64,000 bases of DNA from an uncultured Gammaproteobacteria bacterium (GTDB taxonomy: Bacteria; Pseudomonadota; Gammaproteobacteria; Pseudomonadales; UBA5518): assembly GCA_903928015.1 (NCBI GenBank), contig CAIYPF010000034.1, positions 13,613 through 77,612 on the forward strand, written 5' to 3'. The notes beneath the pieces are model-generated. The model was given only the letters and a program-made list of their open reading frames with translations. It ran no database searches and had not been told where the DNA came from. The position numbers and the translations under genes were made by a program. Of the stretch, positions 10,910-20,008 are shown one piece after another (positions within the stretch are counted from its first letter, which is position 1; each line of letters begins with the position of its first letter).

Positions 10910-10979
10910 GGGGCCTCCGGCAGAAGCGCAGCCCGCAGATCGTGTGCCGCAAGCCGGGTCAGGCGCTAGTATACGGACC

Positions 10980-12923
10980 ATGAAACATACGGCCGCACGA
11001 ACAGCGATCCTGTTTACCCTGATTGCGGTGGGTGGTTGCTCGTCACCTCCCGCCGAACAGCCTCGAGAGGCTGTGCCGCCCGTCGCTGTCGAAGACACTG
11101 CGCCCATCCCGGCAGATCCGGCAGATGCACTCCTGGTCCGCGCTGGGCGCGCAGAGCCCGGACAGCGCCTGGATCTTCTGCTCGATGCGGCAGGGGCGCT
11201 AGTCGATCGCAAGGATATTGCCCGGGCGAAGGCCGTTCTTGAAGACGCGGCCGCGCTTCCCGCGAGCCCGGAGCAGGACGCAAGGCGCGCCATACTTCTC
11301 TCGGACGTACTTGCAACAGCAGGCGACCCTGCTGGAGCACTTGCCGCCCTTCCCGAGCCCGGGGAAACTCCCGAGAAAGTGCTCCCACGTGCCCTTGAGG
11401 CGGGTTTGCTGGAGGCGCGGGCACGGGCCCTGTTCGGGCTCGGCAGATCGCTCGAGGCCGCGAGGCAGCGTGTAGCGCTTCAGCCATGGCTCCCTGACGA
11501 CAAAGACCGCATTGCCAATGCGCGCCACATCCTCGATTCCCTCGGACTCGTGTCACTCGGAGAACTCGACAAGACCGCTGCGTCAGCCGGCAGCGATGAT
11601 TGGCGGGGCTGGTTGGAACTGTCACTGATTGCGAGGGATATGCGCCGATCACCCCTCGCACAAAAGCAGCGCTTGCACGAGTGGGAGCAGACATACGCGG
11701 CCAATCCTGCCTTTGGCGACGGCATGCATGGCCTGATCGAAGGCCTGGCAGGTGCAATTGCAGAGCCTGCCCGGGTTGCTCTCCTGCTTCCCTTGACCGG
11801 CAGGGCCGGCGCCAGCGGACAGGCTGTTTTGCAGGGCTACCTGGCCGAACATTATCGGGAACTCGGGGCCGGGGAACCGGTCCCGCCCCTTGCCATCGTC
11901 GATACCGGAGGAACGGCAGAGGGATTTGCGGCGGCCTACCGTCGCACCACTGGCGACGGAGCCGATGTCGTGATCGGCCCTCTTCTGAAAGAAGAACTGG
12001 CCGCTTTCGGTTCAGGACTCCCGGCGAGCGTTCCCACGCTCGCACTCAATTTTCTCGACGCTCCTTCTGCCGCCATTCCTGGCGTGCACCAGTTCGGCGT
12101 AGACCCCTCGGACGAAGTCGCACAACTTGCCTCCGATTCCCGTAACGCAGGCATGTCGCGCGCTGTTGTTCTCGCCGATGCAGCGCCACGCTCACGCCGA
12201 CTGGTGGAGGACTTCGGATCACGCTGGCGCAATGCAGGCGGAGAGTTGATCGACACCCTTTATCTGGGAGATCTGAACGAATATCGCCTCAGCCTCGAGC
12301 GGACCTTGCATCTCGACCAGAGTCATCAGCGCTCTGTCGCTCTCGGGCAACTACTAGGGTTGGAACTGCAAACCGAGCCACGCCGCAGGGCCGACGTCGA
12401 CATGGTCGTTTTGCTGGCAGAACCGGCAGGAGCACGGTCAGTACGCGCCTTGCTGCCCTTCCTGTACTCCGGGGACGTCCCTGTCCGCGGGATCAGCATG
12501 AGCTACGCGGGGGGAGCAGGCCGGGAGGGCGACTTCGATCTCGAGACATTGAAGTTCGTTGATATGCCCTGGTTTTCCAACGCCGAGCAAAACCTGCGCG
12601 AGACAACGTCGCTCCAACATGGCGCGGTCGAGCGCCTGATTGCTCTTGGCGTTGATGCGCGCAGACTGCAGTCAAGGATCAATCTTCTCGATAAACCGGG
12701 CTCATGGAGGCTCGGTGGCGCAGCTGGCGAATTGAGCACAGGCACGGATGGCCGGGTGCACAGACGAGCTGTCTGGTACGTCATCGAAGGGGGGCAGGCC
12801 AAGGCAGAGTTGTCGCGCCAGTCCATAGAGAAACCGACATCCAGGGATGGAGTACAGGTATGGACACCAGGGGACGGAACACCCCCGCAAACATCGGGCG
12901 CGCCGCCGAAGACAGAGCCTTAG
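10980..12923 (+). CDS. lpoA: Penicillin-binding protein activator LpoA (LppC family lipoprotein)
   Basis: Lipobox VGGC; helical N-domain; VALLLPLTG, VIGPLLKE, PTLALN, EPRRRADVD; divergent from rsmI. Confidence 0.88.
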   Translation: MKHTAARTAILFTLIAVGGCSSPPAEQPREAVPPVAVEDTAPIPADPADALLVRAGRAEPGQRLDLLLDAAGALVDRKDIARAKAVLEDAAALPASPEQDARRAILLSDVLATAGDPAGALAALPEPGETPEKVLPRALEAGLLEARARALFGLGRSLEAARQRVALQPWLPDDKDRIANARHILDSLGLVSLGELDKTAASAGSDDWRGWLELSLIARDMRRSPLAQKQRLHEWEQTYAANPAFGDGMHGLIEGLAGAIAEPARVALLLPLTGRAGASGQAVLQGYLAEHYRELGAGEPVPPLAIVDTGGTAEGFAAAYRRTTGDGADVVIGPLLKEELAAFGSGLPASVPTLALNFLDAPSAAIPGVHQFGVDPSDEVAQLASDSRNAGMSRAVVLADAAPRSRRLVEDFGSRWRNAGGELIDTLYLGDLNEYRLSLERTLHLDQSHQRSVALGQLLGLELQTEPRRRADVDMVVLLAEPAGARSVRALLPFLYSGDVPVRGISMSYAGGAGREGDFDLETLKFVDMPWFSNAEQNLRETTSLQHGAVERLIALGVDARRLQSRINLLDKPGSWRLGGAAGELSTGTDGRVHRRAVWYVIEGGQAKAELSRQSIEKPTSRDGVQVWTPGDGTPPQTSGAPPKTEP

Positions 12924-13231
12924 TTTTTCTCGAAAAGGCCGGTCTCTGCCTGCTTGAGCGCAACTTCCGCTGCCGCGCAGGTGAAATCGATCTGATCATG
13001 CGCGAGGGCGGAATGATCGTTTTTGTCGAAGTCAGGCTGCGGCGCGTGAGCCGCTTTGGCACGGCGGCCGAAAGTGTAGGAAGTGCGAAACTTCGCCGGG
13101 TGCAATTCGCAGCAGAGCTTTGGCTTCGCCTCAGGGGCCGTGACAGCCCCGCGAGGATTGATGTGCTTACCTTGGACGGCGCCGAATGCGAAACCGCACG
13201 CATCGGCTGGATACGCGGCGCAAGCGTTTAG
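12860..13231 (+). CDS. yraN: YraN family (UPF0102) protein
   Basis: GRAAEDRA, ERNFRCRAGEIDLIM, FVEVR, RIDV; ATG at 12860 with GGAG upstream. Confidence 0.92.
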   Translation: MDTRGRNTPANIGRAAEDRALVFLEKAGLCLLERNFRCRAGEIDLIMREGGMIVFVEVRLRRVSRFGTAAESVGSAKLRRVQFAAELWLRLRGRDSPARIDVLTLDGAECETARIGWIRGASV

Positions 13232-13243
13232 GAGCAACCGCCA

Positions 13244-13834
13244 ATGGACGACCTGAACGATCCGGTGCAACTGTGGTTCACAAACCACGTCGATACCATC
13301 TACCGATCCCTTGACGCACTGCAACAGCCACTCGCACAAGCCGCAATGCGGATGCGGGACACGCTGCTCGGCGAAGGGAGGCTGCTTGTGGCTGGAAGCG
13401 GAACCGGTTGCGCTCTGGCGCAGCTGTTCAGCGCCGGCTTGCTCAGTAGACTTTCGATGGAGCGGCCCGCCCTGCCGGTGATCTGCATCGGCAATGATCC
13501 CGCAGTCCTGGGAGCAATTGCAGAGGGCTACGGCTACGCGGAGAGCCTTGCCCGCCAGATCCAGGCCATCGCGGCGCCGGGAGACACGGTTTTACTCGTT
13601 ACGGGCTCTAATGGCGGCGGCATATCCCATGCCGTCCGCGCAGCACAAGCTCGAGGAGCCAGAGTGATTTCGATCTGCGGGCTTGCCACGCAGGATCCGC
13701 ACCAGCTTGGGGAAGTGGACGACATCGAAATACGCATCCCGTCCGAGGAGCCATCACGGCTGACGGAGTGCCAGTTGCTGGTGCTCAATTGTCTGGTGGA
13801 ACTTGTCGAACGTGAGATTTTCGGCAGCTACTGA
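13244..13834 (+). CDS. SIS-domain GmhA/DiaA-family protein, catalytic residues degenerate (DiaA-like)
   Basis: ERPALP, PGD and IEIRIPS motifs, position after yraN; metal-ligand positions substituted. Confidence 0.75.
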   Translation: MDDLNDPVQLWFTNHVDTIYRSLDALQQPLAQAAMRMRDTLLGEGRLLVAGSGTGCALAQLFSAGLLSRLSMERPALPVICIGNDPAVLGAIAEGYGYAESLARQIQAIAAPGDTVLLVTGSNGGGISHAVRAAQARGARVISICGLATQDPHQLGEVDDIEIRIPSEEPSRLTECQLLVLNCLVELVEREIFGSY

Positions 13835-13843
13835 ACCGCAGGC

Positions 13844-14230
13844 TCACTTCACCACGCGAAGGCTGCGCTTTGCGGGCGCGGATGGGTTTCGCCGCCCGTC
13901 GTCATCAGATGGAGGAGGCGCACGCTCGGGCTCGAAGACCATGCCTTGGCCGTTCTCCCGGGCGTAGATGCCCAGCACTGCCCCGATAGGCGCGAGGATA
14001 TCAACTGCGATACCGCCGAAGCGGCCACGAAAGCTGATCCCGTCGTTCGTGATCAGCAGCTCTGAAACAGCCCCGGGCGACACGTTGAGAACTATCTGTC
14101 CGTCTTTCACATATTGCTGCGGAACTTCGACACCGGGAGCGTGGGCGTCGATCAGCACATATGGTGTGCAGCCGTTATCTACGATCCAGTCGTAGAGGGC
14201 GCGAACGAGGTAAGGACGACTGCTCTTCAT
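13844..14230 (-). CDS. sspB: ClpXP adaptor SspB
   Basis: SSRPYLVRALYDWIVDN, IYARENGQGM, C-terminal LRVVK ClpX-binding tail. Confidence 0.96.
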   Translation of the reverse strand: MKSSRPYLVRALYDWIVDNGCTPYVLIDAHAPGVEVPQQYVKDGQIVLNVSPGAVSELLITNDGISFRGRFGGIAVDILAPIGAVLGIYARENGQGMVFEPERAPPPSDDDGRRNPSAPAKRSLRVVK

Positions 14231-14260
14231 GATGGCTGGGGCTGCGCGATCCTGACGGGA

Positions 14261-14920
14261 TCAACGGCGACGCATCTCCTTTTCTGTCTGGGTAAGGCTC
14301 TCCAGAAAGGACTCGCGCGCGAAGAGGCGGATCATGTAGTCGTGCAGAGGCTTGGTCTGGCGCGTCACCGGAACATCGATTCCCAGCGCGGGCAGTCGCC
14401 ATAGAAACGCGACGAGGCAACAATCGAGCAGCGAGAAGTCATCGCTCATGAAGTAAGGTTTTTCACCGAAAACCGGCGAGACGGATACCAGCTCAGCGCC
14501 CAGCTCCGCGCGCACAATGGCGGCGGATTTCTCAGGCGTACGTCCACGCTGCAACAGATCGAGCTTTTGGCACCAGTCCTTTTCCAGCCGCTGGAGCAAC
14601 TGGCGACTCTTGGCTCTGGCAACCGGGTACAGCGGCATCAATGGCGGGTGCGGATAACGCTCGTCGAGGTACTCCATGATGGCCCTCGACTCGTACAGCA
14701 CGAGATCCCGATCGACCAGCACCGGCAAGCTGCAATAGGGGTTAAGTTCCGCGAGTTCCGCGGGATAGTCGCGGGCATCGATATCCAGAACCTGCGAGGT
14801 GATGCCTTTTTCGGCGAGCAGTATCCGGATGCGGTGGCTGTAGTGATCCGAGGAGTCAGAAAACAAGGTCATGACCGAGCGCTTGGACAGGATTGCCCGT
14901 ATGTCCCTGCGCTCAGCCAT
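14261..14920 (-). CDS. sspA: Stringent starvation protein A
   Basis: KRSVMTLFS, LNPY, EYLDERYPHPPLMP, GST fold; start could be slightly downstream. Confidence 0.94.
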   Translation of the reverse strand: MAERRDIRAILSKRSVMTLFSDSSDHYSHRIRILLAEKGITSQVLDIDARDYPAELAELNPYCSLPVLVDRDLVLYESRAIMEYLDERYPHPPLMPLYPVARAKSRQLLQRLEKDWCQKLDLLQRGRTPEKSAAIVRAELGAELVSVSPVFGEKPYFMSDDFSLLDCCLVAFLWRLPALGIDVPVTRQTKPLHDYMIRLFARESFLESLTQTEKEMRRR

Positions 14921-14954
14921 CGACTGCTCCCTCAGGCTCCCCGAAACAGGGAGT

Positions 14955-17015
14955 TCAGTGAACGTCCTTCCAGTATTCGCGGTTCAGGAGGAAGGTGAAC
15001 ACTCCGAACACCGCGATGAACAGCAAGACATAGCCACCAAGGCGCTGACGGTGCAGCGCCATGGGCTCTGCAACATAGGCCAGAAAGTTGGTGAGATCAC
15101 CCACTGCCGCGTCGAATTCCTCGGTGGTCATGAGGCCGGCTTTCTTGACCACAAGGCGACCACAAGGATCGTCAAGCATGTCCTCTCCGGTGAGAGGATC
15201 TCGCTTTACCCCGCCATTCTCCGCGAGGACCGGGCCAGGCGCGCACTCGGGAAGGCCCTGAAGTTCGAGCAGCGCGTGCGGCATGGCCACATCCTTGAAC
15301 GCCCTGTTGTTCACGCCCCAAGCGCGGGAAGGCGAATCGTCGCGATAGAAATTCCGCAGATAGGTGTAGATGTACTCCGGGGAGCGGGCCCTGGACATGA
15401 GCGTGAGGTCCGGAGGCGCGGCCCCAAACCATGTCTTGCCAAGTTTGGCAGGCATGGCGTTGTTCATCAGGTCGCCGATCTTGGTGTCATCGAAAATGAG
15501 GTTTTCCTGAGCAAGCGGCAGCGGAATTCCCAGATCGGTAGCAGTACGCTCGAACCGGGCGTACTTGAGCGAATGACACCCCATGCAGTAATTGACGAAA
15601 TACTTGGCGCCGCGTTGCAGTGATTCCTGATTGGCAAGATCAGGCACAAAGTGGTCGCAGTCGATAGTGCCACATGATTTTTCGGCCTCGGCGCCTACCG
15701 CCTTCAACGGCAACACCACCAGAAGCACCACCACCAGCAACGCACCCATCGACTTCCAGAAACCCATACCGCCATCCGTGGTCACGCGAGCAGGTTCGGG
15801 CTTGGTCTTTTCGATCGACGTGTAGATCGGCATGAGCAGGAAGAACGAGAAGTAGACCAGCGTGCAAATCTGGGCAAGCGCCGTACGCTCAGGAGTCGGA
15901 GGCTTGACTCCAAGCACACCAAGGATCACGAAGGAAGCGCTGAACAGAAGGATTGCCACCCTGCTGATCGCGCCCTTGTAGCGGATAGATTTGACGGGGC
16001 TGCGATCGAGCCACGGCACCACGAACAGGATCGCGATCGCGGACGCCATGGTCAGGAAGCCCAGGAACTTGGCCGTCAGCGGACCAATGTCCACTGTGAC
16101 CGCACGCAGCATCGAGTAGAACGGCGTGTAGTACCACGTCGGCGCGATGTGCAGCGGCGTCTTCAGGCCATTGGCCTCCTCGAAATTCGCGTGCTCGAGG
16201 AAATATCCCCCCATCTCGGGGAGGAAGAAGATGATCGTGCAGAACACGAAGAGGAATACAGAGATGCCCATGAGGTCATGGACCGTGTAGTAGGGATGGA
16301 AAGCCACACCATCGAGCGGCACACCATTGGCATCTTTCTTTTTCTTGATCTCGACGCCATCGGGATTGTTTGACCCGACCTCATGCAAGGCAAGCAGGTG
16401 CAAGACCACCAAACCAAGCAGGATAAGCGGCACCGCCACGACGTGGAGCGCGAAGAAGCGGTTCAGGGTAATTCCCGAGATGAGGTAATCGCCCCGGATC
16501 CACTGCACGATGTCGTCGCCCACAACCGGGATGGCCCCGAACAACGAGATGATTACCTGGGCGCCCCAATATGACATCTGGCCCCACGGGAGGACGTAGC
16601 CGAGGAAACCCTCTGCCATCAGCGCCAGATAAATGGCCATCCCGAATACCCAGATCAGTTCGCGGGGCTTGCGGTAGGAGCCGTAGAGCAGGCCGCGAAA
16701 CATGTGCAGGTAAACGACCGTGAAGAAAGCCGAAGCACCGGTGGAGTGCATGTACCGGATGATCCATCCGTACTCCACGTCACGCATGATGTATTCGACC
16801 GATGCGAAGGCACGCTCCGCCGAGGGTTCGAAACTCATCGTGAGCCAGATGCCCGTCAGAAGCTGGTTCACCAACACCAGCAGCGAGAGCACCCCGAAGA
16901 AGTACCAGAAGTTGAAATTCTTGGGCGCGTAGTACTTGCCCATGTGGGTGTTCCACGCACGCATGATCGGAAGGCGTGCATCGACCCAGTCCCGCAACGC
17001 GATAAGCCTGCTCAT
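14955..17015 (-). CDS. petBC: Fused cytochrome b / cytochrome c1 of the bc1 complex (FbcH-like)
   Basis: Single ORF with cyt b motifs (RYMHSTGAS, LPWGQMSYWG, FFALH) then a signal-like linker, CMGCH, PDL, AMPH and a C-terminal TM (REYWKDVH); ATG 17015 or GTG 17018. Confidence 0.93.
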   Translation of the reverse strand: MSRLIALRDWVDARLPIMRAWNTHMGKYYAPKNFNFWYFFGVLSLLVLVNQLLTGIWLTMSFEPSAERAFASVEYIMRDVEYGWIIRYMHSTGASAFFTVVYLHMFRGLLYGSYRKPRELIWVFGMAIYLALMAEGFLGYVLPWGQMSYWGAQVIISLFGAIPVVGDDIVQWIRGDYLISGITLNRFFALHVVAVPLILLGLVVLHLLALHEVGSNNPDGVEIKKKKDANGVPLDGVAFHPYYTVHDLMGISVFLFVFCTIIFFLPEMGGYFLEHANFEEANGLKTPLHIAPTWYYTPFYSMLRAVTVDIGPLTAKFLGFLTMASAIAILFVVPWLDRSPVKSIRYKGAISRVAILLFSASFVILGVLGVKPPTPERTALAQICTLVYFSFFLLMPIYTSIEKTKPEPARVTTDGGMGFWKSMGALLVVVLLVVLPLKAVGAEAEKSCGTIDCDHFVPDLANQESLQRGAKYFVNYCMGCHSLKYARFERTATDLGIPLPLAQENLIFDDTKIGDLMNNAMPAKLGKTWFGAAPPDLTLMSRARSPEYIYTYLRNFYRDDSPSRAWGVNNRAFKDVAMPHALLELQGLPECAPGPVLAENGGVKRDPLTGEDMLDDPCGRLVVKKAGLMTTEEFDAAVGDLTNFLAYVAEPMALHRQRLGGYVLLFIAVFGVFTFLLNREYWKDVH

Positions 17016-17611
17016 CACGCGGCCTCCTTGTCTACACCGATGACGAGGATGTTCTCGCCCTCGAAGGAATACGGCGGAACCTCAAGGTTGTACGGAGCGG
17101 GAACGCCCAGAAGCACCCGCCCCGCCAAGTCAAATTTGGATCCATGGCAAGGGCAGAAGAATCCACCCATCCAGGCAGCGCCGCCGAGGTCGGCAGCTCC
17201 CACCTCGGGGCGGTACTTCGGCGCGCAACCCAGGTGTGTGCAGAGGCCCAGCAGAACGAGAATTTCCGCCTTGATGGCGCGGTTCTGCTTGTCCACGTAA
17301 GCCGGCTGGACGGACTGCGCGGACTTCGGGTCACGCAACTTGTCGTCGTGGCCACCAAGCGCCTCGAGCGTCTCGGGAGTGCGCCGCACCACATACACAG
17401 GCTTGCCACGCCACTCGACCACAACCATCTGGCCTGGCTCGAGCTTGCTGATGTCGGCTTTGACCGGCGCCCCCGCGGCTTTCGCTTTCGCGCTGGGGTT
17501 CCAGGAACCGAGGAAGGGAGTGGCTATGCCTACGGCACCGGCGGCGCCAACGGCAGAGGTTGCGACGGTCAGGAACTGCCGCCTGCCCTTGTTCACGACT
17601 TGATTGCTCAC
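17015..17611 (-). CDS. petA: Rieske Fe-S subunit of the bc1 complex
   Basis: Tat motif GRRQFL; CTHLGC and CPCHGS. Confidence 0.97.
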   Translation of the reverse strand: MSNQVVNKGRRQFLTVATSAVGAAGAVGIATPFLGSWNPSAKAKAAGAPVKADISKLEPGQMVVVEWRGKPVYVVRRTPETLEALGGHDDKLRDPKSAQSVQPAYVDKQNRAIKAEILVLLGLCTHLGCAPKYRPEVGAADLGGAAWMGGFFCPCHGSKFDLAGRVLLGVPAPYNLEVPPYSFEGENILVIGVDKEAA

Positions 17612-17677
17612 GAAAGGGATTCTCCAGTCCGTAAAGGGATCGGTCGCAGCCCGGGGGCGCTGCTGGGAGCGCGGCGA

Positions 17678-17706
17678 ATGCTAAAGAATTTAGCAGGGAC
17701 TGACAA
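17678..17706 (-). promoter_or_regulatory. Putative sigma70 promoter of the pet operon with an overlapping palindrome
   Basis: TTGTCA, 17 nt, TAGCAT; TGCTAAA-GAA-TTTAGCA inverted repeat at 17679-17695. Confidence 0.55.
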
Positions 17707-17744
17707 GAAAAACGGACTCTGCAAAGGCCATCTCCGTCGCCCCG

Positions 17745-17784
17745 AAACGAAACGCCCGGCGATCCTTTCGGAGAGCCGGGCGTT
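17745..17784 (-). terminator. Intrinsic terminator after rpsI
   Basis: AACGCCCGGC...GCCGGGCGTT stem followed by a T-rich tail on the minus strand. Confidence 0.7.
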
Positions 17785-17819
17785 CGGAAGGCCGCGCCGC
17801 TGATGCGGAGCAAATAGCC

Positions 17820-18212
17820 TCAGCGCTTCGAGTACTGCGGACGCTTGCGAGCCTTGCGCAAACCGACTTTCTTACGCTCAACCTCGCGCGCGTCGCGGGT
17901 CACATAGCCTTCCTGACGCAGGCGGCTCTTGAGGGTCTCGTCATACTCAATAAGGGCGCGGGTTATCCCGTGACGGATCGCGCCCGCCTGCCCGAAACTG
18001 CCGCCGCCTTTGACGGAGACATTCACGTCGAATTTTTCGCCCATCCCCACCAATTCAAGCGGTTGGCGAACGATCATGCGAGCAACCTCACGACCGAAGT
18101 AACTCTCCAGCGGCTTGTGGTTGACCGAGATCGCGCCGCGACCTTGCGTGAGGAACACGCGCGCTGTGGCGGTCTTGCGGCGTCCGGTCCCGTAATACTG
18201 CGTGGCAGCCAT
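17820..18212 (-). CDS. rpsI: 30S ribosomal protein S9
   Basis: [25 protein letters not shown]. Confidence 0.99.
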   Translation of the reverse strand: MAATQYYGTGRRKTATARVFLTQGRGAISVNHKPLESYFGREVARMIVRQPLELVGMGEKFDVNVSVKGGGSFGQAGAIRHGITRALIEYDETLKSRLRQEGYVTRDAREVERKKVGLRKARKRPQYSKR

Positions 18213-18222
18213 GTGGTTTCCT

Positions 18223-18651
18223 TCAGATCTCGAGAGCTTGCGGCTGCTGGGCCGCGTGCGGATGTTCTGCGCCCGGGTACACCTTCAGTTTGCGCGCCAT
18301 GGCACGGCCGAGAGGGTTCTTGGGGAGCATGCCTTTTACTGCGCTTTCGATGGCACGGGTTGGCGCGCGCGCCACCAGCTTGTCGAAGGTGATGCTGCGC
18401 ATACCGCCGGGATGGCCGGTGTGGTGGTGATAAATCTTGTCTCTACCCTTGTTGCCGGTCACCTGGACCTTCTCGGCGTTGACGACGACGATGTAGTCGC
18501 CGGTATCAACGTGAGGGGTGAACTCGGGTTTGTGCTTGCCGCGCAGTCGCGAGGCGATCACGGTTGCGATGCGGCCAAGAGTCTTGCCGCTCGCGTCGAC
18601 GACGAACCATTGCTGTTCGACGCCGCCTGGTTTTGCCGAAAAGGTCTTCAT
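18223..18651 (-). CDS. rplM: 50S ribosomal protein L13
   Basis: [32 protein letters not shown]; 142 aa. Confidence 0.99.
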   Translation of the reverse strand: MKTFSAKPGGVEQQWFVVDASGKTLGRIATVIASRLRGKHKPEFTPHVDTGDYIVVVNAEKVQVTGNKGRDKIYHHHTGHPGGMRSITFDKLVARAPTRAIESAVKGMLPKNPLGRAMARKLKVYPGAEHPHAAQQPQALEI

Positions 18652-18700
18652 TGTTGCCAAGCCAGCCTGGAAGGGGGGAGTACCCCGTAAAAGGGTGCGA

Positions 18701-18730
18701 ATGGTACACCATGAATTTTACGAGCGGCAA
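18701..18730 (-). promoter_or_regulatory. Putative sigma70 promoter of rplM-rpsI
   Basis: TTGCCG, 18 nt, TACCAT. Confidence 0.45.
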
Positions 18731-18754
18731 CCGCCGCCCGGGAAAATTCACGGT

Positions 18755-19861
18755 TCATGGCCGGTGCGGCCGAGCGAGGTAGTCGTGCGACTGCATCTCT
18801 ATCAAACGACTTGCCGTGCGCTGGAACTCGAAGGCGAGCCTCGTACCCGTGTAAAGGCCCGATGGAGGGGCGGCCGCAGACACCACAAGCTTCACGCTAC
18901 GATCGTAGAACTCGTCAACCAGATTGACGAGACGGCGCGCGGCATCGTCGCGCGAGGAGTCGAGTACGGGCACATTCGCGAGCAGCACGGCAGTGAATTC
19001 GCGCGCGAGCCAGATGTAGTCGTGCTGGCTGCGAGGACCATCACAAAGCTCGCGGAAGTCGAACCATGCGACGTTCTCGGCGAGCTTGCGTACCCGGATC
19101 GGCCGCCCTTCCACCTCGATGACCGCATTCTCACGGCACGGATCCGGAGAAAGGCTGGCGAAACTGCGGGCAAGGCTCCGGTCAGCCTCATCATCGAGCG
19201 GCGAGTGGTAGAGCTCCGCCTGCTCCAACAGGCGCAGGCGATGATCGATGCCGCCGTCGACGTTGATCACCATGGTGTTGCGCTCCAGCAGGGCTATCGC
19301 AGGCATGAACCGCTGGCGCTGCAACCCGTCCTTGTAGAGGTTGCAGGGCTCGACATTGGATGTCGCGACGAGAGTCACCCCACGGGCAAAGAGCTCCTCC
19401 AACAAGCCGGAAAGTAGCATCGCATCCGTGATGTCAGAGACGAAGAACTCGTCGAAGCAAAGAACGCGCACCCGGGCTGCGATTCTCTCGCCGACGATCT
19501 TGAGGGGGTTCTTGTGCCCCGTGAGTTCGCGCAACTGGTGGTGGACCTGTTGCATGAACCGATGAAAGTGCGTCCGCTGCCGCGTGTCTGGAGGCAGGCT
19601 CTCGAAGAACAGGTCCATCATGTGCGTCTTGCCGCGCCCGACGCCGCCCCAGAGGTAGAGACCGCGCACAGGCTCGAGCCCGGCACTGACATCACCCCTT
19701 ACTGACGCGGCGAGCCTGCGCAAAAATCCGGGCTCGGACCGAGTGACAAGGCTTTCCCAGAGCCGCTGCAGCTCGAGGATCGCACGCTCCTGCGCCGGAT
19801 CGAAGGCAAAGCCTGGCCGCTCGAGCTCCGCGCGGTAGCGTTCGAGAGGGCTTATTTGCAT
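18755..19861 (-). CDS. zapE: Cell division ATPase ZapE (AFG1 family)
   Basis: GLYLWGGVGRGKT, HFHRFM, CFDEFFV, FQRTASRLIEMQS; start set at MQISPLERY. Confidence 0.95.
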   Translation of the reverse strand: MQISPLERYRAELERPGFAFDPAQERAILELQRLWESLVTRSEPGFLRRLAASVRGDVSAGLEPVRGLYLWGGVGRGKTHMMDLFFESLPPDTRQRTHFHRFMQQVHHQLRELTGHKNPLKIVGERIAARVRVLCFDEFFVSDITDAMLLSGLLEELFARGVTLVATSNVEPCNLYKDGLQRQRFMPAIALLERNTMVINVDGGIDHRLRLLEQAELYHSPLDDEADRSLARSFASLSPDPCRENAVIEVEGRPIRVRKLAENVAWFDFRELCDGPRSQHDYIWLAREFTAVLLANVPVLDSSRDDAARRLVNLVDEFYDRSVKLVVSAAAPPSGLYTGTRLAFEFQRTASRLIEMQSHDYLARPHRP

Positions 19862-20008
19862 GAACGGAGGGTCCGGCAGAAACGGCGCGAGACTGTAGCC
19901 AGCGCGAATGGGGGGTCGCAACCGCAATATGCCGCAGCCAACCCATCGTTAACAGCGCCACGATGCGAGTGGTTATACTTCCGCCGACTCCACGTCGAGG
20001 ATACGCCT

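Noticed and set aside
12860-12923. 64-bp lpoA/yraN overlap as a possible frameshift
   Set aside because: Both proteins look complete; the overlap covers only a low-complexity LpoA tail.
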